Shown one piece after another: positions 7,359-15,664 of a stretch of 25,450 nt of DNA. Every line of letters begins with the position of its first letter. The stretch's first letter is position 1. The notes beneath the pieces are model-generated. The model did not search any database, was not told the DNA's origin, and saw only the letters and a list, made by a program, of their open reading frames with translations. This DNA comes from a virus. Its lineage: Duplodnaviria; Caudoviricetes. The stretch covers positions 1 through 25,450 of IMG/VR virus record IMGVR_UViG_3300044448_000819; one strand, written 5' to 3'. The position numbers and the translations under genes were made by a program.

Positions 7359-9050
7359 ATGGGTTTAGAAGATAATATTCCGCCTGCTAGTAGCGGAGAA
7401 CCGTATCGTTATGAAGAATTGTCTAATTTTACAGGCGGTTTGAATCTTAGAGCGGATCAGACTTCTCTTGGTCCTGATGAATCTCCTGCAATGTTAAATG
7501 TTGAAGTTGATCCACGTGGTGGTGTTGCTCGTCGTGACGCTATTGATGCGTTAAACGCTTCTGCTTTGGGTGAAATTCTTAAAATTTCTTCTCACCATGA
7601 AACTACTGGGGATAATCAGATTCTTGTTGCCGCTAAGGATAGTTCTAATACGGCTTTATATTATGGTTCTGGTGGGAATTTTACTCGTATAAACACTAGC
7701 GCTAGTGGTTCTGGTGTTGCTTTGGCTGGTCATGCTTTGCCGGGTTTTGTTACGTTTAATGATGAAACATATATTTGTAATGGGACGTTGTTTGAAACTG
7801 ATAAGTCTGCTGTGAAGTGGACTGGCGCTAATAGCGCCTCTGTGTTAACGCCTGATATTGATGGTACGGCTGGGCATTTTCCTTTGGCTCGGTTGATGTG
7901 TACTTGGGGTGAACGTGTTTGGGTTGCTAATACTAAAGAAGATGATACTGGGAGTTGGGTCACTCACGCAAATCGTATTCGTTGGTCTGAGTTAGACAAA
8001 GGTGATGAATGGGAATCAGATTCTTATATAGATATTGACATTGGTGAACATGGCGACCATATTACCGCCATTGTTCCTAACGGAGATCGTTTACTCGTGT
8101 TCAAAGAGAACGCTGTTTATGGTGTTTACGGGTTTGATTCAGATTCTTTTCAAGTTATTAACTTGACAAGAATTGCAGGAAGCATAGATGATTGCACTCC
8201 GGTTGCTACTCCAGCGGGAGTTTTCTTCTGGTACGCGCAAGAAGGCGTGTACATGTTGAGCACGGAATCTTTAAGTTACATGTTTCACCCTCTTAAACCA
8301 GCGATAACTAGAAGCCAGTTGACGTTTACTGGCGTTCCTTCTTTAATGTGGTTTGATAATCGTTTATGGGTTTCTGTTGATTATCAGTCTGGTGACGGGA
8401 TACAAAACTCTAACCAAACTAATCGTCGTAACGTTTTTGTTTTAGATCCTTCTTTGGGGCAAGGAGGTAGTTGGACTCGTTTTGATATTAATGCTCGGAA
8501 TTTGTTTGCTTATAAACCACCGGGCGGAACGCATTTAGGTTTATGCGCTACTTCTGATGTCGCTAGTGGGGTGACAACTGCTGCGTTTACTCGCGTGTGT
8601 AAAGTCAATGTTGATGCCGATGTGGACGATTATACTGGCGCTCCTTCTAATACTCAGATTCATTCGTTTTATCAGACTCGCTGGTTGGAGGGTAATCGCC
8701 CCACGTTTGGTAAACGGTGGGGCAAAACTAGGACTGTTCTTTTGGCTGATAACACTGTTTCTGTTCAAATGAAAATTTATAAAGACTACAACACGGGAAG
8801 TGAGGCTGTTACTTTGTCTCAGCAGATTACTGGTGAGGCTTCTACTGCTGCTTGGGATTCTGCTACGTGGGATACTGATTCTTGGGTTTCTTTTGGTGAT
8901 TCTCAGATTTATAAGTTCTTTAAGTGGCCTTCTGCTGGGACAGCAAAGGCTATATCTATAAGGTTTAATGTTGATCCGACTACAAATAACAACGGCAAAT
9001 GGGGATGCACTTCTGTAGTAGGAATGTACAGAACTAGGAGAATAAGGTAA
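7359..9050 (+). CDS. Tail nozzle / tail tubular protein B-like (beta-propeller)
   Basis: FTGGLN, NVEVDPRGGVARR, RIRWS and LLVFKENAVY motifs; 563 aa; follows the adaptor. Confidence 0.7.
   Translation: MGLEDNIPPASSGEPYRYEELSNFTGGLNLRADQTSLGPDESPAMLNVEVDPRGGVARRDAIDALNASALGEILKISSHHETTGDNQILVAAKDSSNTALYYGSGGNFTRINTSASGSGVALAGHALPGFVTFNDETYICNGTLFETDKSAVKWTGANSASVLTPDIDGTAGHFPLARLMCTWGERVWVANTKEDDTGSWVTHANRIRWSELDKGDEWESDSYIDIDIGEHGDHITAIVPNGDRLLVFKENAVYGVYGFDSDSFQVINLTRIAGSIDDCTPVATPAGVFFWYAQEGVYMLSTESLSYMFHPLKPAITRSQLTFTGVPSLMWFDNRLWVSVDYQSGDGIQNSNQTNRRNVFVLDPSLGQGGSWTRFDINARNLFAYKPPGGTHLGLCATSDVASGVTTAAFTRVCKVNVDADVDDYTGAPSNTQIHSFYQTRWLEGNRPTFGKRWGKTRTVLLADNTVSVQMKIYKDYNTGSEAVTLSQQITGEASTAAWDSATWDTDSWVSFGDSQIYKFFKWPSAGTAKAISIRFNVDPTTNNNGKWGCTSVVGMYRTRRIR
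8937..8960 (+). promoter_or_regulatory. Putative late promoter motif GGGACA-N14-TATA, copy 3 (intragenic)
   Basis: GGGACA gcaaaggctatatc TATA, 90 nt upstream of the first tail fibre gene. Confidence 0.5.
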
Positions 9051-10036
9051 TGGCAGATTTAAGCACAGGCTCGGCGTTTGTTGCTGGAACTACGATTGTG
9101 GCTTCAGCGATGAATACTCGGTTTACTAATATAGAGACTTGGGCTAAGGGTACTCCTGATTTAAGTACTTCTGGGTCTATGACTACAATTAAAGGTACTT
9201 TGAATGTTGATGAGGCGGTTACGTTTGATGCTACTTTAGGTGTGACTGGTACTGCAACGTTTTCTGGAAATATAGATGTTGATGGTACTACTAATCTTGA
9301 TGCTGTAGATATTGATGGCGCTGTTCAAATTGATGGAACAGTTACTGTTGGAGCCAACGACACAGGTTACAATGTAAAATTTTATGGTGCAACTGATGGA
9401 GCGTACATGTTGTACGATCAAGCCGCTGACAGGCTAGTTCTTATAGGCGGTGAGGTAGGTATTGGTACTGCTTCTCCTGATAAACCGCTTCATATCGCAA
9501 CAGCAAGCGGTGATGCTTATATTAAACAATCCGATGGTACGACAACTACTGTTTTTGGTCCTGCTGGAAACTCTTCTGCTTTATGGGGTACTACCTCTGA
9601 TCACGACATTTATTTCATTGTAAACAATACAGAAAAATTAAGGTTAAAATCCACTGGTATTCTAAACAGTCCTACAACTTATACCACTACGACTACCGAT
9701 TCCGCAAATATGGTTGTTGATTCTTCACCTCAAGGAGATTTTAAACGTTCTACTTCTTCTATAAGGTTTAAAACAGATGTTGAAACAATGGATGACGATT
9801 CTGCTGATGCGGTGTTAAATCTTCGTCCTGTTTCTTACAAGTCTTTATGTTCTGGCGATGATAAAGATAGATCTCATTGGGGTTTTATCGCTGAAGAAGT
9901 TGTTGAAATTGATTCTCGTTTAGTGCATTTTGGTCCTAACGGAGAAGCAGATGGTGTTCAATATGACCGTGTTATACCTGCTTTAGTAAATGTTATTAAA
10001 CGTCAAGAAGCACGAATAACAGCGCTGGAGGCATAA
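9050..10036 (+). CDS. Tail fibre/spike with C-terminal S74 intramolecular chaperone
   Basis: Beta-repeat shaft and GEVGIGTASP; then S-S-IRFK, LRPVSY, WGFIAEEV, VQYDRVIPAL and a terminal coiled coil. Confidence 0.85.
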   Translation: MADLSTGSAFVAGTTIVASAMNTRFTNIETWAKGTPDLSTSGSMTTIKGTLNVDEAVTFDATLGVTGTATFSGNIDVDGTTNLDAVDIDGAVQIDGTVTVGANDTGYNVKFYGATDGAYMLYDQAADRLVLIGGEVGIGTASPDKPLHIATASGDAYIKQSDGTTTTVFGPAGNSSALWGTTSDHDIYFIVNNTEKLRLKSTGILNSPTTYTTTTTDSANMVVDSSPQGDFKRSTSSIRFKTDVETMDDDSADAVLNLRPVSYKSLCSGDDKDRSHWGFIAEEVVEIDSRLVHFGPNGEADGVQYDRVIPALVNVIKRQEARITALEA

Positions 10037-10266
10037 TGGGTGCCGAAATCATCGGCGCAGTCGGGCTAATCGCAGCCGCAACTGTAAGCGGTATCTTGGC
10101 GTTGCTGGGCAAACGATTTCGGGACGAAAACAATGAGCAACACGCTCAAAATTTAACCATGTTGGAAATGATTATAGATGATGTTGGAGAAGTAAAAGAT
10201 GATGTGCGCGAAGTCAGAGACTCGCAAAACCGGCATCTTGAGTGGCACTTGGAGGAGGCTGAATGA
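10036..10266 (+). CDS. Small membrane protein (single TM plus coiled coil), possibly holin-like
   Basis: Hydrophobic N-terminal 25 aa; overlaps both neighbouring genes. Confidence 0.6.
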   Translation: MGAEIIGAVGLIAAATVSGILALLGKRFRDENNEQHAQNLTMLEMIIDDVGEVKDDVREVRDSQNRHLEWHLEEAE

Positions 10267-12800
10267 GTATCCCAAAATTTCAGGTACAAAAAAACCTTAC
10301 ACCACCCGCTACTATCGCGATATCGGGAAGCCCCGATTACGTAGGGACATACGGGTCTGGCACAACATACGCTACTGGTGATGTAGTTACATATAACGGG
10401 TCGTCGTATGTTGCTAGACAGGCGACAACTGGGAACACTCCGGGTGATAATGCTTACTGGCAGACTCTTGCGGCTCAAGGAAATACTGGGGCGACTGGTC
10501 CTGCTGGCGCATCGGGTTCGTCAGGAACTGACGGTGTGATAAATACTCTTACTGCTGGTACTAATTTAAACGGTGGAGGCTCTGCCGCCACCGTGACAGT
10601 AAATCTTGATTCAGACATTTCTATTAATTCTGCTACGTTTGCTGCTGCTAGCCCTCTCGTGTTTGAAGGCGCTACTGCTAATGATTATGAGACTACAGTT
10701 GCGGTAACTGATCCGACTGCGGATCGTACGGTTACAATTCCTGATGGTTCGGGAACGGTTGCTTTTACTTCTAGTAGTATCACAGGTAATGCTGCAACTG
10801 CTACTGCTTTGCAAACGGCTCGTACTATAGGTGGAGTTAGTTTTGACGGTACGGGTAACATTAATTTACCGGGGGTAAATACTGCTGGAAATCAAAGCAC
10901 AAGCGGCAATGCTGCTACTGCTACAGAGTCTACTAATGTTACAGCGACTGCTAACAACACTACAGACGAGACTGTGTACCTTACTTTTGTTGACGGCGCT
11001 ACAGGTACTCAAGGAATTGAAACAGACACTGGTCTTAATTACAATCCGAGTACGGGGGTGTTAACAACCACGTCGGTAACAGGTAATTTGACAGGAAATG
11101 TTACTGGTAACGTTTCAGGTACTGCTGGTTCTGCTACAGGAAACGCAGCGACAGCGACTGCGTTACAAACTGCAAGAAACATTGGCGGTGTAAGTTTTGA
11201 TGGCACCGGCAATATTGATTTGCCGGGTGTTAATACAGCCGGTAATCAAAATACTTCTGGCTCTTCTGGATCTACGACTGGTAATGCGGCTACTGCGACT
11301 GCTTTAGCGACAGCACGAAACATAAATGGTGTTTCGTTTGACGGCACAGGTAATATTACTGTTACTGCTGCCGCAGGAACTTTGACAGGTTCTTCGTTAG
11401 CAAGCGGAGTAACTGGTTCTTCTTTAACTAGCGTTGGTACGCTTGGCTCTTTAACTGTTTCAGGTACGGTGACAATAGATTCAGTTGGGATCACAGCGGT
11501 ACAAACTTCTAGCGAATCATTTGCGGACAACGATACTTCGCTAATGACTAGTGCTGCTATTGATGACAGGATTAATGCGGCTAGTAGTGCTTCTCCCGGT
11601 GGGTCTAATACTCAAGTCCAATATAACGGTTCTGGTTCTTTTTCTGGTTCTTCAAGTTTTACTTTTAATTCTGGAACTGGAGTTGTAACTGCTACTGGGT
11701 TTGCTGGCGCTTTAACTGGTAATGTCACTGGTAATGCTTCTGGTTCTTCTGGTTCTTGCACGGGAAATGCGGCTACTGCTACGGCGTTAGAAACTGCGAG
11801 AACTATTGGTGGCGTTTCTTTTGATGGAACGGGGAATATAAATCTTCCCGGTGTAAACACGTCAGGGAATCAAGATACTTCTGGAAATTCTGCTACTGCT
11901 ACAGCGCTTGCTACTGCAAGAAACATCGGAGGTGTTTCTTTTGACGGGACTGGCAATATAGATCTTCCGGGAGTGAACTCTGCTGGTAATCAGAACACGA
12001 GTGGAAATGCTGCAACGGCAACTGCATTGGCTACGGCTAGGAACATAAACGGTGTTTCGTTTGATGGTACGGGCAACATTACGGTTACGGCGGCTGCTGG
12101 TACTTTGTCTGGCGGTACTTTGGCTAGTGGTGTTACTGCTTCATCTTTAACAAGCGTTGGTACTTTAGGAAGTTTAAATGTTACTGGAGCGGTAGCGATT
12201 ACAGGGAGTGGAGATGTAACAGTTGGAGTTGATGGTACCAGTTCTGATGTAAAGTTTTATAGCGATACTGCTGGTTCGTATTTTTTATGGGATAATTCAG
12301 AAGATAGGTTAGATGTAGTTTCGTCAGGTAAAGCGGCGTATTTTAGATCGTTAAATGGTACGACTACTACTTTCATAGGTTCTGATGGTTCCGATACTGG
12401 ACTGTTTGGAACTAGCACAGCGCATAGAGTTAGGTTTATAACTAACGACAGTGAAAGAATGACTATTTTAAGTGGTGGCAATGTTGGTATTGGAAAATCT
12501 GATCCTGCTACAGCGTTAGATGTTGTAGGCACTATAGATTCAACAGTAAACCCGCCACCTATCGTAGAAACATTTGCCTCGCAATCAATTAGCGCTTCAG
12601 GAACCACTGTTACGTTTACTTCTGGCAGATTTAGTTCTGCACCAAATGTGATGGTTACGCAAGCAAACAGTGGCGGCGGCGCGAGCAAAGTCCCGAATGT
12701 GGACAATATTACTTCGTCGTCTTGCAGAGTTTTCTTGCTTAATACTTCTAGTTCTTTTGTTTCCGGTGACGCTTCACTTTTAGCAACTTTGGAGGTTTGA
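10263..12800 (+). CDS. Long tail fibre / adhesin with internal repeats
   Basis: CBM5/12-like YATGDVVTYNGSSYVA..W, short collagen-like GxT stretch, six GVSFDGTGNI repeats, C-terminal TVTF...FSSAPNVMVT lectin-like domain. Confidence 0.8.
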   Translation: MSIPKFQVQKNLTPPATIAISGSPDYVGTYGSGTTYATGDVVTYNGSSYVARQATTGNTPGDNAYWQTLAAQGNTGATGPAGASGSSGTDGVINTLTAGTNLNGGGSAATVTVNLDSDISINSATFAAASPLVFEGATANDYETTVAVTDPTADRTVTIPDGSGTVAFTSSSITGNAATATALQTARTIGGVSFDGTGNINLPGVNTAGNQSTSGNAATATESTNVTATANNTTDETVYLTFVDGATGTQGIETDTGLNYNPSTGVLTTTSVTGNLTGNVTGNVSGTAGSATGNAATATALQTARNIGGVSFDGTGNIDLPGVNTAGNQNTSGSSGSTTGNAATATALATARNINGVSFDGTGNITVTAAAGTLTGSSLASGVTGSSLTSVGTLGSLTVSGTVTIDSVGITAVQTSSESFADNDTSLMTSAAIDDRINAASSASPGGSNTQVQYNGSGSFSGSSSFTFNSGTGVVTATGFAGALTGNVTGNASGSSGSCTGNAATATALETARTIGGVSFDGTGNINLPGVNTSGNQDTSGNSATATALATARNIGGVSFDGTGNIDLPGVNSAGNQNTSGNAATATALATARNINGVSFDGTGNITVTAAAGTLSGGTLASGVTASSLTSVGTLGSLNVTGAVAITGSGDVTVGVDGTSSDVKFYSDTAGSYFLWDNSEDRLDVVSSGKAAYFRSLNGTTTTFIGSDGSDTGLFGTSTAHRVRFITNDSERMTILSGGNVGIGKSDPATALDVVGTIDSTVNPPPIVETFASQSISASGTTVTFTSGRFSSAPNVMVTQANSGGGASKVPNVDNITSSSCRVFLLNTSSSFVSGDASLLATLEV
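10785..12180 (+). repeat. Six protein-level repeats (ATAL.TAR.I.GVSFDGTGNI) in the tail fibre
   Basis: GVSFDGTGNI copies start at 10833, 11187, 11328, 11811, 11931 and 12051; the last three have a 120-nt period. Confidence 0.9.
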
Positions 12801-12802
12801 TT

Positions 12803-12940
12803 ATGAATACTTATATTGTTACTTGCCGTACCGCAAATTGTCCAAATGAAAATGTTGGAATAGAAGTAATAAAGCCTGCTGATGGTGATGTCATATGTGG
12901 ACCGTGTAAACAACCTATTACTGATGTAGTGGAGGGATAA
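12803..12940 (+). CDS. 45-aa zinc-ribbon-like microprotein (not in ORF track)
   Basis: MNTYIVTCRTANCPNENVGIEVIKPADGDVICGPCKQPITDVVEG; GGAGG RBS; TAATG overlap with the next gene; C-x4-C...CxxC. Confidence 0.8.
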   Translation: MNTYIVTCRTANCPNENVGIEVIKPADGDVICGPCKQPITDVVEG

Positions 12941-13305
12941 TGAGTGAGGAGCAACCATCATCATGGAAAGACGTAAGCCTGAAGAAAACGACTCTAGGGT
13001 TTGTTGCTTCGTGCGTGACACTGGGGGCTGTCATTGCATGGCAGGGTTCCTTGGTGGTAGGAAGAATAAGCGATCTAGAAAGAAGCGTTCAGCACTTTGA
13101 CAACGGAATAACATCCGTTGTTGAAGAAGACATGGACGAATTAAGACAACAAATGCGTGTATTAGACGACAGCATGGACAATTTGAACACGTTACGTGCT
13201 GCCGATTTGGAACGTAATACTCCTCAGTGGATAACTGATGAGATTAATAATCGTTTGATACAGGTGGAAGCACAAATGAATATATTGTTAGAAGATGAGG
13301 ATTAA
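12940..13305 (+). CDS. Membrane-anchored coiled-coil protein
   Basis: One hydrophobic segment followed by acidic heptads; TAATG-coupled on both sides. Confidence 0.7.
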   Translation: MSEEQPSSWKDVSLKKTTLGFVASCVTLGAVIAWQGSLVVGRISDLERSVQHFDNGITSVVEEDMDELRQQMRVLDDSMDNLNTLRAADLERNTPQWITDEINNRLIQVEAQMNILLEDED

Positions 13306-13400
13306 TGGACGAAGAATGGGGAGAATTTGACATTGAGGGATCTGATGTTGAATTGGTGTGTGGGCTTGAAGATCCAGAAGTTTGCGAGTCTTGCCAGTAA
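13305..13400 (+). CDS. 31-aa acidic Cys-rich peptide resembling the RNR alpha C-terminal tail (not in ORF track)
   Basis: MDEEWGEFDIEGSDVELVCGLEDPEVCESCQ; TAATG overlaps at both ends; GAGG upstream. Confidence 0.75.
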   Translation: MDEEWGEFDIEGSDVELVCGLEDPEVCESCQ

Positions 13401-13603
13401 TGTCGTTTACGAAAATAATAACGGCTATTACTGCTTTGGCTACCGCTATGGGCGGTTTAATTGTGGCTATTAATACGATGTTTGGTGATGAGAATAGTGG
13501 ACCTCAGCCGATAACAACGATTATTATTCAAGAAGTAGGGGATTATCAACAATTCGTGGAAAACACGGACTTATCTTATTACGAAGGAATGAAGAGTGAG
13601 TGA
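13400..13603 (+). CDS. Small membrane protein
   Basis: MSFTKIITAITALATAMGGLIVAI hydrophobic helix; start moved to ATG 13400 (TAATG overlap). Confidence 0.65.
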   Translation: MSFTKIITAITALATAMGGLIVAINTMFGDENSGPQPITTIIIQEVGDYQQFVENTDLSYYEGMKSE

Positions 13604-13760
13604 TATTACTTTAAACGACGTTACGTCTAATTTGTCGGAACGTGGTGCTTTAGAGTTTGAATTGGCTACTTTACGGGCGCAAGTCGCGCATTTACAACAA
13701 CTTATTGTTGATTGTAATTGCTGTGATGACTGTGTTTCTCAGGATTCTGGGACAGAATAA
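13596..13760 (+). CDS. 54-aa coiled-coil microprotein with CNCCDDC cluster (not in ORF track)
   Basis: GTG start; MSDITLNDVTSNLSERGALEFELATLRAQVAHLQQLIVDCNCCDDCVSQDSGTE fills the gap exactly. Confidence 0.6.
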   Translation: MSDITLNDVTSNLSERGALEFELATLRAQVAHLQQLIVDCNCCDDCVSQDSGTE

Positions 13761-13772
13761 CACTGTTTTATA
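13749..13772 (+). promoter_or_regulatory. Putative late promoter motif GGGACA-N14-TATA, copy 4
   Basis: GGGACA gaataacactgttt TATA immediately before the GGAGG RBS of the ejection-protein module. Confidence 0.55.
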
Positions 13773-13782
13773 GGAGGCTTTT

Positions 13783-14175
13783 ATGAGTTTTGGAGAACAA
13801 GACTACAATATGGCGAGAGCCGCTACCAATTATCAATCTGGTTTAGCGGGGCAAACGTATGCTAGAGGTGTTCGTGATTGGGGTTTGCAGCGTACGCCGG
13901 GTATGCAGAAGATGTATTCGGGGTTGGCTAGTCGCGGGTTGATTAATTCTGGTATTAAACGTAAGGATTTAGGCGAGTACGCTGATGAGACTTTGCGTGG
14001 TTACGGGGATTTGCGTAGTGCTTTGGATACTGCTATAGCGCAGTTGGCTTTTCAAAATATGGGTTATGCGATGGATTATGCTGACCCTCGTTTTATGCAG
14101 GCTATTTCTGAGGGTACTGCGGCTGCTCAAAGGCAGGCGAATGTGGCGGATCAGTATTGGAAGGCTACACAATGA
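13783..14175 (+). CDS. Probable small internal virion (ejection) protein
   Basis: Ala/Gly/Gln-rich helical 130 aa, first of a small-medium-large trio after the tail genes; AGGAGG RBS. Confidence 0.55.
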   Translation: MSFGEQDYNMARAATNYQSGLAGQTYARGVRDWGLQRTPGMQKMYSGLASRGLINSGIKRKDLGEYADETLRGYGDLRSALDTAIAQLAFQNMGYAMDYADPRFMQAISEGTAAAQRQANVADQYWKATQ

Positions 14176-15662
14176 GTGTTACATATAGATACGAGCCTTC
14201 TTGGGAAGATATTAACCAAGAAGATGATTCAAGTCCCGAATTATTAGATGCTTACGCAGATGCTTACTGGGGAAATCGGGTTTCTCCTATAGAACCTGTT
14301 GATGTGCCCCGACCAAACGATAGACCTTGGTGGGCTGGAATACCCTTAATAGGTGATGCTATTTATGAAAGCCCTATTGGTAATCAAGTAGGTCAAGTGG
14401 TAGACAGAATTGGCGACATTCCTTTAATAGACAGTTACATAAACGCACAACGCAATACTTGGGGTTGGGCGGACAGAAATCTTAGAAAACCACTAGAGAT
14501 ATTACTTTCTCCAACTGCACGTCAAGAATTTATTTCTCGTCAGTTTCATAACGAAGATCTTAACTGGGGCAATCTTTTAAAAGATATTGCATGGCAAGTT
14601 ACAGGTGATAAAGATGAACCTTTAGATCCTGACGAACGTTTTGCACAGCCTATTGAAACATTTGGCGAGGAAGAATACGCTACTTTGATGGATCAAGTAG
14701 CAGGCATGGATTTTGCTGATCCGTTTCAGGACGAAATAATTAAATTGGCTATGGCTGATTTAGAAGAAAAAGAAGAAGAAGAAGAAGGAAGAACTGGTCC
14801 GAGTTGGGATCCTATGGGATTAACCAATTTGCTCGGTGACCAAATTGGTTTAATCAATCAGTTGACACAAGCAGGTTTGATGAACGCTGAACAATGGCGT
14901 GATACTACATTGGATACTCTTGACAGAGTTTATGGAGATTTGCAAACAGATTTTCAAAGGCAAGTAGATACGTTATCTGAGGGAGAGTTGGCTTCTTTAG
15001 AGAGTCTAGGTTTAAGCGCTGATACTGTTGCGGGAGAATTAGCCGATATGGGTGTGGAAAGCGCTGTGTTGTCTCTTGGAGAGCAAGCCATCGCAGATGC
15101 TATGGCTTTGCAGAGCGGAAATCAAATGGATTTCGCTCAAAACCTAATCAGTTCCGCTCAAATTGGTCAAGCAGACCGGGAAACTTCAGCAATGAACGCT
15201 TTCAATGATATTGTTATGGGTATCCAAACTGGGCAGACAGAACAAATCGGACAGTTGCAGAATATGGCGCAAGCCGCTCAGGTCCAAGGTCAGGCTTTAG
15301 GTGTTGATCCTATGATTTTGTTTGCCGACATGTTGTATGGCACAGGCATTGCTCAACAACAGATGGGTGCTAATGCTTCTGCGGCTGCTGATGCTCAGTT
15401 GTGGGCAGACGCAGAATATTTGGCTCAGCGTGTTCCAGATTTTGGTGGGGATCCAATGCTGGCATACTCGGTTCTTAGCGGTCAATTACCCGGCAATTAT
15501 TTTAAACCTACAGAAGGTTCTTATTTAGATTCTCTTGCACCGGGTACTTTGGGAGCGTTGTCAGAAACTATTCAAGACATATTGATGAATAACCCAAGTG
15601 TTCGTTTTGAAGATGCAGTTCGTTTAGCGGAAGATGCACTATATTTTAATCCGATGGAGTAG
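14172..15662 (+). CDS. Probable medium internal virion (ejection) protein
   Basis: Acidic, Ala/Gln-rich helical protein; ATGA overlap at 14172; position in the trio. Confidence 0.55.
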   Translation: MSVTYRYEPSWEDINQEDDSSPELLDAYADAYWGNRVSPIEPVDVPRPNDRPWWAGIPLIGDAIYESPIGNQVGQVVDRIGDIPLIDSYINAQRNTWGWADRNLRKPLEILLSPTARQEFISRQFHNEDLNWGNLLKDIAWQVTGDKDEPLDPDERFAQPIETFGEEEYATLMDQVAGMDFADPFQDEIIKLAMADLEEKEEEEEGRTGPSWDPMGLTNLLGDQIGLINQLTQAGLMNAEQWRDTTLDTLDRVYGDLQTDFQRQVDTLSEGELASLESLGLSADTVAGELADMGVESAVLSLGEQAIADAMALQSGNQMDFAQNLISSAQIGQADRETSAMNAFNDIVMGIQTGQTEQIGQLQNMAQAAQVQGQALGVDPMILFADMLYGTGIAQQQMGANASAAADAQLWADAEYLAQRVPDFGGDPMLAYSVLSGQLPGNYFKPTEGSYLDSLAPGTLGALSETIQDILMNNPSVRFEDAVRLAEDALYFNPME

Positions 15663-15664
15663 CG

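Noticed and set aside
10344-10367. Sixth GGGACA hexamer
   Set aside because: Inside a gene, followed by AACA rather than a TATA-like box at N14; a few chance hexamers are expected in 25 kb.
10785-12800. CRISPR array or DGR template/variable repeat pair
   Set aside because: Repeats are in-frame, conserved at protein level and differ at synonymous sites rather than at adenines; no reverse transcriptase or cas gene in the window.
12257-13021. 254-aa minus-strand ORF and the other short antisense or alternate-frame ORFs in the track
   Set aside because: They shadow well-supported coupled genes on the other strand or frame and show no recognisable motifs.
14762-14792. GAA-rich purine tract
   Set aside because: Explained as the coding sequence of an EEKEEEEEGR acidic linker.
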